Under the pieces are notes generated by a model. It saw only the letters and a list, made by a program, of their open reading frames with translations, was not told the origin of the DNA and did not search any database. The translations under genes were made by a program, and so were the position numbers. From Klebsiella phage NU-KP11, in sequence record OR644643.1: DNA of 64,000 bases. The stretch is one strand, 5' to 3'. Positions 46,495 to 56,541 of this stretch are shown here, piece by piece. The first letter of the stretch is position 1, and each line of letters opens with the position of its first letter.

Positions 46495-47052
46495 TTATTT
46501 GATCCGGAAATGTTTATTCATTTCTTCGGGGTCAAGTTGTACTACTTCGGCACCGTATTGCTGTAGACGCCATATCCACTCGATGCCACCACGATCGTAT
46601 TTATGTAGATATACTACACGCTTAATCATACCTGTTGCAACACAAAATTCGATATTTTTCGCACATTGTGAGCAAGGGGAATGAGTTGTATACAAAGTTG
46701 CGTCTTTGATTTGTTCATGAGACGCCGCCAGCATAATAACGCGCATTTCTGCGTGTACTTCGTTGCGATCTGACCATTGTGAATGTTCAGGGCGCTTTTC
46801 TTCACTCAGTTTCCCATTATCATCTAATAAGTGATTGCACTGATCTGTACAACGATGACTAGGATCAACCGTATTATTTGCGCCTACAAACACACGCCCG
46901 TTACCATTTCTCAATGCAGCACCAACATTAACAGAGACACATTGAGAGAACTTAGAAGCACTTATTGCTCTAAGCATAAACATAATATCATCAATCTTCA
47001 TGATACACCACGTGATAAAGAACTTTCCAGTAAACTTGAATCTTTCCATCAT
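46495..47052 (-). CDS. cd: dCMP deaminase
   Basis: HAEMRVI ... CSQCAKNI zinc-binding motifs. Confidence 0.8.
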   Translation of the reverse strand: MMERFKFTGKFFITWCIMKIDDIMFMLRAISASKFSQCVSVNVGAALRNGNGRVFVGANNTVDPSHRCTDQCNHLLDDNGKLSEEKRPEHSQWSDRNEVHAEMRVIMLAASHEQIKDATLYTTHSPCSQCAKNIEFCVATGMIKRVVYLHKYDRGGIEWIWRLQQYGAEVVQLDPEEMNKHFRIK

Positions 47053-47275
47053 CTAACACTCGATGATGTGCAGAAACAGAACTGATTACTACTTTTTCTG
47101 GACTCGGTCGAAAACAACTTGTGAATTTTCGAACAAGACAAGCAATGAAAGTATTTGGGTTGTCGATTTCGTCAATGATAGTATTAACAGTTACTTCACC
47201 GAAATGACAAGGGATATCATATGCTTTTAATGCTTCCAGGAGCGCCATACTCATAGAGCCAGGATGATCAAGCAT
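46991..47275 (-). CDS. hypothetical protein (94 aa)
   Basis: ORF track. Confidence 0.45.
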   Translation of the reverse strand: MLDHPGSMSMALLEALKAYDIPCHFGEVTVNTIIDEIDNPNTFIACLVRKFTSCFRPSPEKVVISSVSAHHRVLDDGKIQVYWKVLYHVVYHED

Positions 47276-47534
47276 CTTTCATCACCTTTAGTAGCTGTTT
47301 GATAAAATCAGGAGTCGCTTCAACGATATATTCTGAACCGTTGATTGTAGTAACGCGAACTTCTGTCTGATTTTTGTTGATATCATATTCTGCAATCGGA
47401 CTTGTTACTACATCAATATCAGTTCCTTTGATGTATCCGAAAACACCGCCATAATAACGAGGATCCGGGTATACAGATTCGTCCGTAATTACCGCTCTAT
47501 CAATAATTTTTACGTTCATAATACAGCCGCCCAT
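47268..47534 (-). CDS. hypothetical protein (88 aa)
   Basis: ORF track. Confidence 0.45.
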   Translation of the reverse strand: MGGCIMNVKIIDRAVITDESVYPDPRYYGGVFGYIKGTDIDVVTSPIAEYDINKNQTEVRVTTINGSEYIVEATPDFIKQLLKVMKDA

Positions 47535-47803
47535 GTAACGTAGCCAGTAATAGGATTTAACACCAGCCCGAAAGATTGGGTGCTGTTAGTATCCACGTCA
47601 TGAATATACACAATATAGGAGTACTGAGAAACCGGAGTGGCGCTAACTTCAAACCCGCCCGGAGCTTTACCCTGTTCCTGAATTTTGTTAGCAATTTTTT
47701 GGCACAACAAACGAACTTTTTGGTTAAAATCGCCCAGATTTTCTACGCGAATGCGATCGCCAAGTTCAACCATGATGTGTTTATCTTCACGAATAACGTT
47801 CAT
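47516..47803 (-). CDS. hypothetical protein (95 aa)
   Basis: ORF track. Confidence 0.45.
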   Translation of the reverse strand: MNVIREDKHIMVELGDRIRVENLGDFNQKVRLLCQKIANKIQEQGKAPGGFEVSATPVSQYSYIVYIHDVDTNSTQSFGLVLNPITGYVTWAAVL

Positions 47804-47855
47804 AATATAATCCTCTTTTGTGTGGGTACTTTAACATACCCACATTATATGTCAA

Positions 47856-48740
47856 TCAGAAATCACCATAATCGACTTGTAAGCACGGAATCCCGTTTGC
47901 TCGCCACATTCCGACCGGAGTGTCTCTATCGTCCACTGCAATAACAGGATAATACTTATCTAAAATCTTGTCAAACAAAATTTCTTCTTTTACTTCAAAA
48001 TCTGTCCTGGTATCACCTTCTTGACGCATAAAAATTTCATCCGGTTCAACGCCATAACTCAACAGGCTAACCCATGTATCATGTGCGCATTGCGGATTAC
48101 CTTCACGCCCAGACACAACAACACATTTATACCCTGCATTTTTGTACAGGTGAAACAGTTGCTGGATCGGGATGTTTGGCGGATCATTGATCACTTTGGT
48201 AAAGTCATACGGGCTACGTTGTCCCACTTTGGTTAGAGTACCATCGACATCAAAGATCACACACTTCTGATTGTGGGGATTAACAATTTCCATTGCTGGT
48301 ACGAACCCACGGATCTTACGATACTGGTTAAACATTTCCCAAAGACGAGAAACGGGTAATGCATCACGACCGCGTTTGTGGTTACGGCGAAGCAGTTCAA
48401 CAATAGACACATCAAAATATTCAATATGAAAATCAGCTTTGTGTTCCAACGCAATTTCACGCCAGTGATTTTTATCACTTTCTTTCAGATGTGTGTTGTG
48501 TATGATCACGTTTTTACCATCTTTCAGAGTGGAGATAACAACGTGATCCTGCATTTCTGCAATCATGTCTTCTTTCGCTTTGGTGTATTTGTATCCGCCA
48601 GCACCTTTACCCGCATTATACAAAGAGCTACGCAGATCATCGCGAGAGATCGTAACAGTATTACCCAATTCACGGGCTTTCTCATGCGCCCAGGTAGTTT
48701 TTCCACTACCCGGAACGCCAATAGTCATAAACAGATTCAT
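47856..48740 (-). CDS. pseT: polynucleotide 5'-kinase/3'-phosphatase
   Basis: GVPGSGKTTWA kinase P-loop; VIFDVDGTLT HAD phosphatase motif; near-colinear with T4 PseT. Confidence 0.85.
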   Translation of the reverse strand: MNLFMTIGVPGSGKTTWAHEKARELGNTVTISRDDLRSSLYNAGKGAGGYKYTKAKEDMIAEMQDHVVISTLKDGKNVIIHNTHLKESDKNHWREIALEHKADFHIEYFDVSIVELLRRNHKRGRDALPVSRLWEMFNQYRKIRGFVPAMEIVNPHNQKCVIFDVDGTLTKVGQRSPYDFTKVINDPPNIPIQQLFHLYKNAGYKCVVVSGREGNPQCAHDTWVSLLSYGVEPDEIFMRQEGDTRTDFEVKEEILFDKILDKYYPVIAVDDRDTPVGMWRANGIPCLQVDYGDF

Positions 48741-48894
48741 TTCACTATCTCATATTCAATTAGTTCTTTGTTATACTCATTCGTCAGATTGAGCCATATA
48801 TCACGATTCCAATCGTTTTCTATCCATAGACCTTCTTTATCCTTTTTCGCAGTATAAACTTTTCCTTCTGTTATGTCACGAAAAAACGTTTTGG

Positions 48895-49212
48895 TTATTT
48901 TGATTTGCATTTCTCAGGGTATCCCAACGTACACAGAACATTATCGGTTTGATCCTTTTGTCTTTTAACGTCATTCATCCAGCTACGAAAAATCAATGAA
49001 TCTGGATATGATAATGCAACATAAGGATTTCCGTCATAGGGCATTACAAGGTATTTTTTACCGTCAATCTCTCGGACTTCTGCAACCACTTTCCATTTCA
49101 CATTCACCGGATTCACCTTAGCGGGGAGCGTAGGCAAAATCTTTTCTGGGGGCTTCTCAGCACACCCGACCAACAGAACTCCCAGAACAAGGGCTAACGT
49201 TGCAATTTTCAT
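48895..49212 (-). CDS. o-spanin (outer-membrane lipoprotein, lipobox LVGC)
   Basis: signal + Cys, Pro-rich; follows i-spanin with 4-nt overlap. Confidence 0.5.
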   Translation of the reverse strand: MKIATLALVLGVLLVGCAEKPPEKILPTLPAKVNPVNVKWKVVAEVREIDGKKYLVMPYDGNPYVALSYPDSLIFRSWMNDVKRQKDQTDNVLCTLGYPEKCKSK

Positions 49213-49532
49213 TTGTCGTATTCCGCCATATACTCTTCGAAGGACTTGTTGATCTTGATTTCGATCAGTCCTGGTTTTTTAAACAGCAGATCTTTACGTC
49301 CGGCATCCTTGACCAACTGCTGATCCTTACCTTTTTGTTCGACATAGATCACAGTATTGCTTGTATTTGTCTCTTTTACTTTCTTCACATCGTCTTGCAA
49401 AGATTTTATATCCTTGCGTAATGATGCATTTTCAATTTTGGTATCGACTGCAATGTAAAAAAGGGCTATCAAAGATAGCCCCACGATCACAGGCCATACC
49501 CAAGATGATATCTTAGGCATTATGAACCTCAT
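49209..49532 (-). CDS. i-spanin (N-terminal TM + periplasmic coiled coil)
   Basis: architecture; adjacent to pnk as T4 pseT.2/pseT.3. Confidence 0.5.
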   Translation of the reverse strand: MRFIMPKISSWVWPVIVGLSLIALFYIAVDTKIENASLRKDIKSLQDDVKKVKETNTSNTVIYVEQKGKDQQLVKDAGRKDLLFKKPGLIEIKINKSFEEYMAEYDK

Positions 49533-50686
49533 TTATATTGTTCAGGAATGAACTGGTCGTAATTTTTAACCATCATTTCAATGATGCGGTCGACCAGTTT
49601 TTGCGGATCGGTTTCTTCGAAATACTTCATAAGAGGCCCGAAGATGATCCGACCGTCGTTTGACAAATCCGCGCTTAGACTGATAGCAAAATCTTTACGC
49701 GATTTCCCTTTGTTATCTTCAATAGCTTTGAATGCTTTTGCACTCAAACGATTGAGACTATCAAGGAAAAGTTTTTCGAAATCGTCAATCTTTTTCAGAG
49801 AGACCAGATCCGAACTGAATAGCTGTTTCAGGTCATCGACCGTATTCTCAACAATATTTAGGAAAAGATCCTTATTGTTGGTGATGCTATCTTTTGTGCG
49901 ATGCAGGTTGACATACCAGTTTGTTTTGATTTTTACAAACCCTTTCGTTGTCAGAACAACATAGCCTTCGAATCCTTCATTCTGATATGCTTCTTTTGCG
50001 AATGCATCCAGATCCAGTACTTCGATATTCTCACGCTTAACCAGATACGCACGTAACAGCGCGTCAGCAAAGAGTTCATCATAAGGGATGTATTCACCCG
50101 TGATGTTGTGACGAACGTTCAGGATACGCAGATCAGGAGAATCATAACCAACGACAATACGGTTTTTCGGGGAAACGTATTCCATGTTCACCGTATAGTT
50201 TTCTTTAGCGATCTCAGTTAAGCGGGTCAGCAATTCACGATTTGCCATTAACACGCTGTGCGCATCCATAGCTTGTTCTGATTTAACCGAACCTTTAGAC
50301 TTGACCGCCAGAAATCCACCGTCAAGGAAAGTTGAGATCAAGGAACCATCTTCTTTAATCATCACGTCTAAAACTTCGCCTAATTCAATAGGAGACTCGT
50401 TAAGCGCTTCCCATGCCTTTACCTCGGCATAGTTAAAAAACTTCTCCATAGGGCGGCTGATGATTGATACGGGGGTATCTCCATCCATTTCAAACATGAT
50501 ACCGCGACATTCCAGAGCACCAGGCTTTAGCCAGTCTGTATATGAGGCCATGCGATAGTTAAAGATTCTAACAGGTGTACCCATCACGGTTACTTGATCA
50601 ACGAAGAAAAATGTTTCGGATTCACCACACAACTGCATGAGTTGTTTGTAAAGGGTATTGATAATTTTAGTTTGTGCCTTTGTCAT
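49529..50686 (-). CDS. rnlA: RNA ligase 1
   Basis: motif I IKEDGSL and long colinear similarity to recalled T4 Rnl1. Confidence 0.85.
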   Translation of the reverse strand: MTKAQTKIINTLYKQLMQLCGESETFFFVDQVTVMGTPVRIFNYRMASYTDWLKPGALECRGIMFEMDGDTPVSIISRPMEKFFNYAEVKAWEALNESPIELGEVLDVMIKEDGSLISTFLDGGFLAVKSKGSVKSEQAMDAHSVLMANRELLTRLTEIAKENYTVNMEYVSPKNRIVVGYDSPDLRILNVRHNITGEYIPYDELFADALLRAYLVKRENIEVLDLDAFAKEAYQNEGFEGYVVLTTKGFVKIKTNWYVNLHRTKDSITNNKDLFLNIVENTVDDLKQLFSSDLVSLKKIDDFEKLFLDSLNRLSAKAFKAIEDNKGKSRKDFAISLSADLSNDGRIIFGPLMKYFEETDPQKLVDRIIEMMVKNYDQFIPEQYK

Positions 50687-51032
50687 AGTGCTGTTTATTC
50701 CATTCAGGGTTGTATTTTCGTATCATGTTGATTTCATAATCATGATATGTATTTTCATCGTGAGTAGTCACGATAAGTTTCACAGTTTTTCGTTTTTTGA
50801 TAGCCATTTCCAATCGACACGTTTTTAAGATGTTACTGGGGTTGGCTTCTCTCCAATACTTTGCATTGCGATATGTGTCTAAACGCTTCCACATATCCCT
50901 ACACTTACCAACATATACTATTTCATCGTTAATTGCAATAAAATAAACACAATGCCTAAGTTCACCACACTTAACAAAACTTCGATCGATGCGACCACAT
51001 TTATCAAGGGTTAAGTTGAATTCAGATTTCAT
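50667..51032 (-). CDS. stand-alone GIY-YIG nuclease domain protein (homing-endonuclease catalytic domain only)
   Basis: CVYF-x9-VYVGK..WKRL..R..E resembles I-TevI N-terminal domain. Confidence 0.5.
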   Translation of the reverse strand: MKSEFNLTLDKCGRIDRSFVKCGELRHCVYFIAINDEIVYVGKCRDMWKRLDTYRNAKYWREANPSNILKTCRLEMAIKKRKTVKLIVTTHDENTYHDYEINMIRKYNPEWNKQHYDKGTN

Positions 51033-51035
51033 ACA

Positions 51036-51368
51036 TTATATATCCAAAAAGTCAAGTGATCTTTTCTTACCACACAAAACATTAACCACATGCGCGATGT
51101 AATCACCGTGACAGGGAAGAGGCGCACAGGTACAACCAAGCCTCTTTCCATCAAGTTCTTTCAATTCTTCAATCGTGATCGCCCCAGTACGAACCTGATT
51201 CTGGAACCAGGGGATAAACGCTAAAATGTTTTCTCCCCTGGTTCCTGTGTGATAAGGGTTGCCGAACTTCGTACCTCTTTGAATATCGACATCCCAATCA
51301 GTTTTGTACTTGTTTACTACCCGACAATCACGCGTATTTGCTGGCCCATTTTGCATACGCTTCATCAC
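51036..51368 (-). CDS. conserved phage protein with FGNPY and CxCxPLPCHGD motifs (DUF4326-like)
   Basis: motifs only. Confidence 0.4.
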   Translation of the reverse strand: MMKRMQNGPANTRDCRVVNKYKTDWDVDIQRGTKFGNPYHTGTRGENILAFIPWFQNQVRTGAITIEELKELDGKRLGCTCAPLPCHGDYIAHVVNVLCGKKRSLDFLDI

Positions 51369-52505
51369 TGATTTCAGTATTCAGGTTTCCGACGAGGTAA
51401 GAACTTACTTCAACCTCTTGCGGGGCAACCTGTACGTTATCACTTTTGAGCCATTTATTCATCCACGGATACGGGTTAGGGATCGGGGTGAATGGCGAAT
51501 CAAGCCCTACCGCTCGCATACGCTGATCTGTAAGGTGTTCAATATAAGCGATAGTGCTTTTCAGCGATACACCTTCTACATCACCAACAGAGAATAAATG
51601 TTCAGCCCATTCTTTTTCCTGTTCATATACTTCCAGGAAGATAGCCGTTGCTTCTTTTTTCAGCCTACGGGAGATTTCAACCATTTCTGGATCATCTTTA
51701 CCCATTTGCCACAAACGGATTTTACTCTGAGTACCTTTCTGATGCAATGCTTCATCACGCGCAATCAGGCGCATAATTTTCGCGTTGCCTTCCATCTTGC
51801 CTTGTTCAGCAAAGTTAAAGGTGAAACTAAACGACACATAGAAACGGATCGCTTCCAGAGCGTTCACAGCGTGCATACACAGGTACAGAGCTTCTTTGCA
51901 CTTAGTGGCCTGTTTAGTGTATTGCTCGTTATAATACACGACAGCCGGATCATTTGGTTTATAGCCGCTAACCTGTTCCTGTAGCATCATGATGGTTTTC
52001 AGCTTATGACATTCATCAATCAGAGTATCATAATACCGTGTCATTGATGCGGAACGTTTCATAATCGCTTCATTGCGAAGGATTTGGTCGAACTGTACAG
52101 AAGGATCAATGTGCAAGTTACGTTGAATATGCGTGTAACTACGGCTGTGGATGGTTTCACTAAACGCCCACGTTTCGATCCAGGTTTCCATACTCACATC
52201 GGATGCAATTGGCAAAAATGCGAGGTTAGGCCCACGTCCCTGAATGGTATCTAACAGGGTTTGATACTGTAGGTTAGAATCGAAAATGATTTTTTCATGT
52301 TCAGGAAGTTTTGCATACTGCATACGGTCAGTAGACAGATCGACTTCTTCCGGACGCCAGAAGAAAGAAAGCTGTTTTTGCGTCAGGCTTTCGAAAACTT
52401 TGTGTTTCTGCGATTCATAACGTGCAACACCAGTATCTTCACCAAAAAACATAGGTTGTTCTAAGTGGTTATGATCTGGGTTTGTATTCATTACTGTTAA
52501 CATGT
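51328..52505 (-). CDS. nrdB: ribonucleotide reductase small subunit
   Basis: Colinear with E. coli NrdB (EQPMFFG, LSFFWRPEEVD, EALHQ...); start set at ATG after hairpin and SD AAAGG. Confidence 0.9.
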
Positions 52506-52535
52506 CTTTACCTTTAAAAAGCCCCCGAAGGGGCA
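52506..52535 (-). terminator. intercistronic hairpin GCCCCTTCGGGGGC + T5 between nrdA and nrdB
   Basis: hairpin + T-run then SD. Confidence 0.5.
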
Positions 52536-52539
52536 TTAA

Positions 52540-54792
52540 TCAAATCTTACAACCCGCGCAATCTTCGGCGGCTTCTTCTTCATCACCAGCACCATCACGC
52601 GTATTATGATAGTACAGAGTTTTAACACCGTAGTAGTTAGCATACAGCAGATCATCAATGATGTCTTCTGTTTTAACTTTCCCGTCTTCATAGTTTGCCG
52701 GGTCATAATTGGTGTTTGCAGAAATAGACTGATCGACAAACTTCTGCATAACTGCTACATGAGACAGATACCCTTTGTTACCGCGTTTAGCCATATCCCA
52801 GAGCAGATCATAGAAATCAATCTGGTTATTCTGGTTAGGCACAACCTGGTTATAGTGTCCTTCTTTCGAAGATTTGATACTCACTAAACCGCGCGGAGGT
52901 TCGATCCCGTTGGTAGAGTTACTAACCTGTGAACTACTTTCACAAGGCATTAAAGCAGAAAGAGTAGAGTTGCGCAAGCCGTATTTCTTAATCTGACTAC
53001 GTAACCATTCCCAATCGCAATTATAAACAGGTGCTACCAGTTCATCAACGGTTTTGCAATACCAATCGATAGGCAGTAACCCGCGAGCGTATTTGGTATC
53101 GTTGTACAATCCACATGCACCACGTTCTTTCGCCAGTTCCATAGAAGCAACGAGAAGGTTAAACTGAAACGCTTCCATTAGCTCATGAACTTTGTCTGTA
53201 TACGCTTCTGAGTAGTCGCAATAGTTGCTCGCTAACCATGATGCATAGTTGGTGATACCAACACCCAGAGAACGGCGCTGTTTAGCTTTCAGAGCGGCTT
53301 TTACAGGGTAGTTCTGGTAATCCAGCAGGTTATCAAGCGCACGTACTGCAATACGCGTGAGTTTCGGGAATTCGCTGATATCAGCGTTATCCAGAACGAT
53401 AGCCATTAGCGTACACAATCCGATTTCACCAGCCATTTTATCATCGTCATCCAGCGGCGACGTTGGGATCGCAATCTCACAACACAGGTTAGACATACGA
53501 ACAGGAACCGTAAAACTACCCTGTTGGTTGACGTGATGAGTGTTGAAAATGTATTTGCGTCCTGTCTGTGCGCGTTCCTGTGCTAACAGTTGGAACAGGT
53601 CAACCGCTTTGATGCGTTTCTTACGAACAGTTGGATCTTTTTCCAGGCTTTCATACAGTTCTTCAAATGCAGTCTGATCAGCTTCATAGAACAGATCATA
53701 CAGACGATCGTTAGCAACATCCGGACTAAACAGCGTAATGTAATCACGATTCATTAAGCGTTTATACATCAACTGGTTAAGCTGTACACCATAATCAATA
53801 TGACGAACGCGGTTTTCTTCTACACCTTTGTTGTTCTTCAACACCAGAAGGTTTTCAACTTCCAGATGCCAGAAAGGATAATACAATGTTGCAGCACCAC
53901 CACGAACGCCACCCTGTGAACAGGATTTAACAGCGGTTTGGATATGTTTCCAGAAAGGAATCACACCAGTATGAACAGCTTCACCACCACGGATTTTAGA
54001 ACCCATTGCGCGAATATGTCCCGCGTTAACCCCAATACCAGCACGTTGTGAAATATACTTCACGATCGCAGAGGTTACAGCGTTAAGAGAACCAAGAGAA
54101 TCACCCGATTCAATTACTACACAACTGGAGAACTGGCGCGTAGGAGTACGTACACCCGCCATAATTGGAGTTGGTAGAGACAGTTTGCGATCGGAAATTG
54201 CGTTATAAAAATCAACGATATGCGTAACCTGTGCTAATCCAGTTTCTTCCTGATGCAGACACATCGCAATAAGCATAAACGCATACTGAGGGGTTTCAAA
54301 GATTTCGCCAGTATCGCGATCCTGAACCAGATATTTCCCGATTAACTGTTGGGAACCAGCATACGAAAATTCAAAATCCTTATCATGATCAATTGCACGT
54401 TCGAAAACTTGAATATCTTGCTTGCTGTATTTTTCCAGGATCTCTTTATCGTATTTCCCCGCTTCAACCATTTTAACGATGTGATCGTAGAACGGGATAG
54501 GATCGAACTGACCGTAAACGTCTTTACGCAATGCAAACATTTCAAGATTCGATGCTACGTATTGCCAATCCGGTTCTTTAACAGAAATATGATCTGCTGC
54601 ATACTTGATAGCGATACGTTGAATTTGTTTGGTAGTCATACCATCGCGTATCAGTTCTAATACATTTTCAAGGAATGCACGAACATCGATATTATGACCA
54701 TCACAGGCCCACTTGAGCACTTTGTATATTTTTTCTTTGTCAAACGGCTGGCGTACACCAGAGGATTTTACTACTACTTTAATGTCATTCAT
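52540..54792 (-). CDS. nrdA: ribonucleotide reductase large subunit
   Basis: Colinear with E. coli NrdA incl. C-terminal ...GCESGACKI-like tail. Confidence 0.9.
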   Translation of the reverse strand: MNDIKVVVKSSGVRQPFDKEKIYKVLKWACDGHNIDVRAFLENVLELIRDGMTTKQIQRIAIKYAADHISVKEPDWQYVASNLEMFALRKDVYGQFDPIPFYDHIVKMVEAGKYDKEILEKYSKQDIQVFERAIDHDKDFEFSYAGSQQLIGKYLVQDRDTGEIFETPQYAFMLIAMCLHQEETGLAQVTHIVDFYNAISDRKLSLPTPIMAGVRTPTRQFSSCVVIESGDSLGSLNAVTSAIVKYISQRAGIGVNAGHIRAMGSKIRGGEAVHTGVIPFWKHIQTAVKSCSQGGVRGGAATLYYPFWHLEVENLLVLKNNKGVEENRVRHIDYGVQLNQLMYKRLMNRDYITLFSPDVANDRLYDLFYEADQTAFEELYESLEKDPTVRKKRIKAVDLFQLLAQERAQTGRKYIFNTHHVNQQGSFTVPVRMSNLCCEIAIPTSPLDDDDKMAGEIGLCTLMAIVLDNADISEFPKLTRIAVRALDNLLDYQNYPVKAALKAKQRRSLGVGITNYASWLASNYCDYSEAYTDKVHELMEAFQFNLLVASMELAKERGACGLYNDTKYARGLLPIDWYCKTVDELVAPVYNCDWEWLRSQIKKYGLRNSTLSALMPCESSSQVSNSTNGIEPPRGLVSIKSSKEGHYNQVVPNQNNQIDFYDLLWDMAKRGNKGYLSHVAVMQKFVDQSISANTNYDPANYEDGKVKTEDIIDDLLYANYYGVKTLYYHNTRDGAGDEEEAAEDCAGCKI

Positions 54793-54799
54793 TCTCTTA

Positions 54800-54828
54800 C
54801 CTTGTTAAGAAAGGGGCCGAAGCCCCAT
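54800..54828 (-). terminator. intercistronic hairpin GGGGCTTCGGCCCC + T-run between td and nrdA
   Basis: hairpin then SD AAGGTAAGAGA. Confidence 0.5.
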
Positions 54829-54831
54829 TTT

Positions 54832-55707
54832 TCATACTGCCATTTCAGCTTTTAGAGAGCCGTGATTATGATACCCTTCTAAGGTTATCGAGTCAAAGAA
54901 TTCTTGATCTAAATCAAGTAAGCTATTTACCTTCGGCATTTTTAGAATCGGTAATGGCATTGGTGAACGGTTAGGCTGTAAAAGTTCTTTTGCCTGTTCA
55001 ACCGCATTTTTATAGATATGGACATCACCACCAGTCCAAACCAGATCGCCCACTTCGTACCCGCAAATATCAGCGATAATATGCGTCAGGAGAGCATAGG
55101 AGGCGATATTGAACGGCAACCCTAAGAAGACATCAACTGAACGCTGATACCACTGTAGAGACAGTTTACCGTTGATTACAACGAACTGGAAGAAACAGTG
55201 ACACGGACGCAACGCCATATCATCAAGATCAACAGGGTTCCAGGCAGAAACGATGATCCCGCGATCGTCTGGGGTTGATTTCAGTTGTTCAATGACTTTT
55301 GCGATCTGATCAACACCACTACCGCCATAATAACTATCATCATCCCCATAAAGAGAACCAAATGAACGCCATTGATGACCATAGATTGGCCCCAGATAAC
55401 CATCTTCATAGCCTAAATCAATAGCTTGTTTCTCATAGTTATCGTCCCAGATCGTGCGCTTATCGCTATTTTCACCCCAGGTCATCCGGCGAAGTTCTTC
55501 GACATTAGTCGAACCGGACAGGAACCATTGCAATTCATGCTTGCACGGCTTGAAGAACAGTTTTTTACAGGTAGTTGCGGGGAAACCTCTGTTTAGATCC
55601 CATCGGGCTTGTGCGCCGAAAATACGAATAGTACCTACACCAGTGCGATCGGTTGATTCAACACCGTTATCAAGTACAAGTTTAATAATATCCAGATACT
55701 GTTTCAT
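54832..55707 (-). CDS. td: thymidylate synthase
   Basis: ThyA motifs (RPCHCFFQF, 291 aa), no intron. Confidence 0.85.
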   Translation of the reverse strand: MKQYLDIIKLVLDNGVESTDRTGVGTIRIFGAQARWDLNRGFPATTCKKLFFKPCKHELQWFLSGSTNVEELRRMTWGENSDKRTIWDDNYEKQAIDLGYEDGYLGPIYGHQWRSFGSLYGDDDSYYGGSGVDQIAKVIEQLKSTPDDRGIIVSAWNPVDLDDMALRPCHCFFQFVVINGKLSLQWYQRSVDVFLGLPFNIASYALLTHIIADICGYEVGDLVWTGGDVHIYKNAVEQAKELLQPNRSPMPLPILKMPKVNSLLDLDQEFFDSITLEGYHNHGSLKAEMAV

Positions 55708-55708
55708 T

Positions 55709-56299
55709 TTATACCTTTTTATATCGATCGACTACGATTTTTTCAATGCGTTCATGTTCTTTGATGTACTGAGTTTTGAAATCAGTAAATTCATATTTTA
55801 ACAATGCATCACCCAATTCAGAAGCAGTAAACGAAACATCGCGTTTAAATGCTGGGGCATTATATACATGATGTCCGTAAATGTGCGTCAAAACTACTTC
55901 ATCAACCATTTTATTATTGATTGAATCTAAAAGCAACCCCTTACCACCGATGACACATACATTTTTATCTGGGTGTGTTGCTTGCATTGTACCAATAGCA
56001 GCAGACAACCCGCCACCGTGGATCACATAATCAGCAACCTCTCCTTTTTTGGTTTTCAAAAAACTACCGGAACCAGACAGAACACAATGGATCCTACCAG
56101 GTAGTTTACCCGGAAGAGAGATAAACGTATTTGCACCCATGATCAAAACGCTATCGGCGGTTTCTTCTTTGAAGTTCTGTAAATCTTCTTTACAGTGGCC
56201 CCACGGCAAGCCTTGCTGATATCCAAAAGCGAAATCATCGTGGTAGATATCATGCCCCAGCGCAAACACCGCTTTTACTATGCTCATATTGCGATCCAC
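55709..56299 (-). CDS. frd: dihydrofolate reductase
   Basis: GLPWG...DLQNFK...IMGANTF; upstream of td as in T4. Confidence 0.75.
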   Translation of the reverse strand: MDRNMSIVKAVFALGHDIYHDDFAFGYQQGLPWGHCKEDLQNFKEETADSVLIMGANTFISLPGKLPGRIHCVLSGSGSFLKTKKGEVADYVIHGGGLSAAIGTMQATHPDKNVCVIGGKGLLLDSINNKMVDEVVLTHIYGHHVYNAPAFKRDVSFTASELGDALLKYEFTDFKTQYIKEHERIEKIVVDRYKKV

Positions 56300-56541
56300 A
56301 TTTTGTTGTCTTCAACAGTTACAATATAGCCTAATGCTTCAATCATAACTTTCAGTTTTTCTTTGTACTTCTCATCATACCCGCGAATCTTCTCGAATTC
56401 AACAGAGAAAATACTACACCCCTGATATTTTGCATTGATCACGCGAGATTCAATATCAAAAATCATGATATCCAGAGGACACCAATCAACAGAGTGAAGT
56501 TTTTCGCGGGTTAGTAGTGTTGTGTTCTTAGGGAGTTTCAT
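56284..56541 (-). CDS. hypothetical protein (85 aa)
   Basis: ORF track. Confidence 0.45.
   Translation of the reverse strand: MKLPKNTTLLTREKLHSVDWCPLDIMIFDIESRVINAKYQGCSIFSVEFEKIRGYDEKYKEKLKVMIEALGYIVTVEDNKMWIAI

Noticed and set aside
52536-52739. 67-aa ORF overlapping the 3' end of nrdA in another frame
   Set aside because: It lies entirely inside the well-supported nrdA coding frame and intergenic hairpin, with no SD. It is an artefact of the 60-aa ORF cutoff.
54832-55707. Looked for group I introns in td, nrdB and nrdA as in T4
   Set aside because: All three reading frames are continuous and colinear with E. coli homologs, so no intron is present.
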